Part shown: one piece after another, positions 61,731-64,000 of the stretch
Layout: every line of letters begins with the position of its first letter
Numbering within the stretch: position 1 is the stretch's first letter
Origin: the human T2T-CHM13v2.0 reference genome, Homo sapiens
Direction: 5' to 3'
DNA length: 64,000 nucleotides
NCBI GenBank assembly: GCA_009914755.4
Contig: CP068257.2
Span: 13,216,001 to 13,280,000, forward strand
Translations under genes and position numbers: made by a program
The notes under the pieces: generated by a model
Seen by the model: the letters and a program-made list of their open reading frames with translations, nothing else
Database searches by the model: none
Told to the model about the DNA's origin: nothing

Positions 61731-64000
61731 TAAAGGAATAGTAATGACCAAAGAAAAACAGTATTTTCCCACAGAAAAGTTATGTCCTTTCTTCTGTCTG
61801 GTTGTAAGTTTGTTGAACCGAATCAATCTAACCTAGAGTAAAGCTGTGTTTGGACATTTTCACAGGTTTAGTTACATTCAGTTTACTACTGGCTTTACAT
61901 TATGTGAGAATGAGATCAGGAATTTCTCTTCAGTAGTGTGTTGGAATCCTAGCACCAGTGGTACTCTGGAGATTTATTTGTTCTTTTCATCCAGCCTCCA
62001 GTTTTCTGAACCATGGGGCATCTCTTTATTTTTTATTTATAGTCTCGCTACTAGATTTTTGGTCACTGGGGAGTTTTCTTTGCCTTCATGCCAGATTTTC
62101 TGAATTTTAACCTTGGACCTATTAATGACCGATTGTCTAACTTGAATGAATTCACTGAACTTTTTCATCTCATTACTAAAATAGAATAAGAATCACTACT
62201 TCCATGTGTGTTAAGGAGTGACCTAACATTAAACAGCTAACATGCATATAGGAGAAGCATATGTGTTCTAGTTGAACTGCACGTGAAAGTCAAATTTGTT
62301 AAGAAAATAAAATACTCTTTCCAGCTCAATCTGTCTCTATCATTAACATTTTGAATTCAGTACTGTTGAACCAAATGCCAAGTCAGCAACTAATTATATT
62401 TTTCTTCTATAGGTCTATCTTTTTAAAAATAAGACAGTATTAAATCAGCCTGAGTTATTAGAAAGGATAGTGGGAGCACATGATCAAATTAAAAATTACA
62501 TAGATTCCTGAAATAATTTTATTATTTGCAATTTTCTAGTGACCTCCAGAACTTCATGACATGTGATATTTTAATGCAGAAACATACTGAAAGACAGACA
62601 GCATGTAAATTCACAACCTCTGTGTTATAGACTGCATGAAAGGTAGATGAGAAAAGAAAGAAAAAGAAGAGAGAATACCAGGGAGTTAATATTCAGCATC
62701 ACTTTATCAGCCATGCAATGGATTAACATTCATTAATCCAGTATTGTAGCTGAACAGAGTAGCACAGAGAGTTTCTGTACTCTCTCTGTAACTGTGGTTT
62801 AAAAAAAGAAGTTTGCATTGTTGAAATTAACCCATATCCACTGCCAAAAGTACATGATCCAGTGGCTAACATGTAATGATGCTATTTCTAAAAAATGTGT
62901 TGTAATTAAATGTCACAGTCTTGCATATATTTCAGACAACTCAGCACTGAAGTCAAGTCAGGTCACTGATAGAAAGTTATTGGTCAATGATCCCATTAAG
63001 CATGTGAAGTGATGCTCTATATTCAAAACGACTTCATCTTCTCTAAGGATAAAACCACCACCTGATCCCAAAGGGTGTATCCTTGTCCTCATGAGAACTC
63101 CATTAAAAATTAATATCTCCACCAATTACAGTAAGCTGGAAGGAGATTCTACTTTTATTGTGGTGAAACTTTTTATAATGAGAACATTGCTAGGAAAAAA
63201 TATCTCAACTAAGAAGAGTATAAGGTCAAAAAAAGAATTGAAAGCACTTTCCCTTTACCTTATTGTCTCACAATAAGACCTAAGAAAATATGTGTGGTCC
63301 AAGATTGCTTGTGATATATACCTTACTCTGACCATATTTGTAAATTCTTGTACTGAAGGCTAAATAAATTCATGAATTGAAATGTTCCTCCTGAGCTTGG
63401 AACAAATATATTTCACGTTTGTAAGTTCTTCTCATAAGGATGATTTTTGAAATTTCATAGACTAAACATACATTTATATCTTCCCTCTCACTCCAAATCA
63501 CACAGAGTAAAATATTTTATGCCTATTAAAAGTACAAGCAATGAACCACAAATTTTGTGAATTTCAGAGAGACAGACAGCATATACAATCATGCCTTTAG
63601 CAAAATAAAACTGAATGAAACTATAGGCTAGAATACACCTAGAAGAAGCCTGTTGTTGAAGGGGGAGGTTTGAAAGTCCCCAAGTCCAGTATTAGAAGTT
63701 TTAAAAATTAAGACAGAACCCTCAAACATTTAAAGAGTAATTAGTTGGAAGGCTCCTTTTGGAATAGCAGACGAGTTGATTTCTTTCTTTCCTGTCTTTT
63801 GCACTATGTGGGCTTTAACAACTGGCTAGAGAAGAATATTGATGTTGGAGAAGACTTACAGTGCTAGGTAGCTACTCACTTCCAGGAGTGATGAGAACTT
63901 CCACATTTGAAAGATAAGCTTCCATTCCAAATGTTTCCCCCATTTGTTGGGGATAGATTCTGGTAATGCAAAGAACAAGTAAGCGGTGACTCTCAAATAC

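Overview
This window is primate, almost certainly human, nuclear DNA, not prokaryotic. It is AT-rich and CpG-depleted, and it shows no convincing protein-coding gene, rRNA/tRNA gene, CpG-island promoter or CRISPR array.

Roughly half of the window is recognisable interspersed repeat:
- About 19 Alu SINEs on both strands, many with clear target-site duplications. One is a young AluYb8.
- One near full-length older LINE-1 on the minus strand, carrying three nested Alu insertions and a tandem-monomer 5' region.
- A rearranged cluster of L1PA-like fragments.
- Several ERVL-MaLR LTRs: two THE1/MST-type, one with attached internal sequence, and three MLT1-type.
- A MIR element and a MADE1 (mariner-derived) half-element.
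- An unclassified repeat family present twice.
- A roughly 0.9 kb AT-rich minisatellite flanked by an 80-bp inverted repeat, plus several micro/minisatellites.

Nearly all ORFs in the six-frame track are translations of Alu or L1 sequence, or poly-A-run artefacts. The ORFs at 45007-47871 on the minus strand are genuine but disrupted LINE-1 ORF2 remnants.

The only candidate cellular coding feature is a 55-bp exon-like segment with near-consensus splice sites at 14948-15002, and it is weakly supported.

I found no evidence for a novel defence, metabolic or other biological system. The points worth a second look are structural: the IR-flanked minisatellite, the L1 5' monomer array, a local 147-bp direct duplication, atypically truncated Alus, and a probably polymorphic AluYb8.
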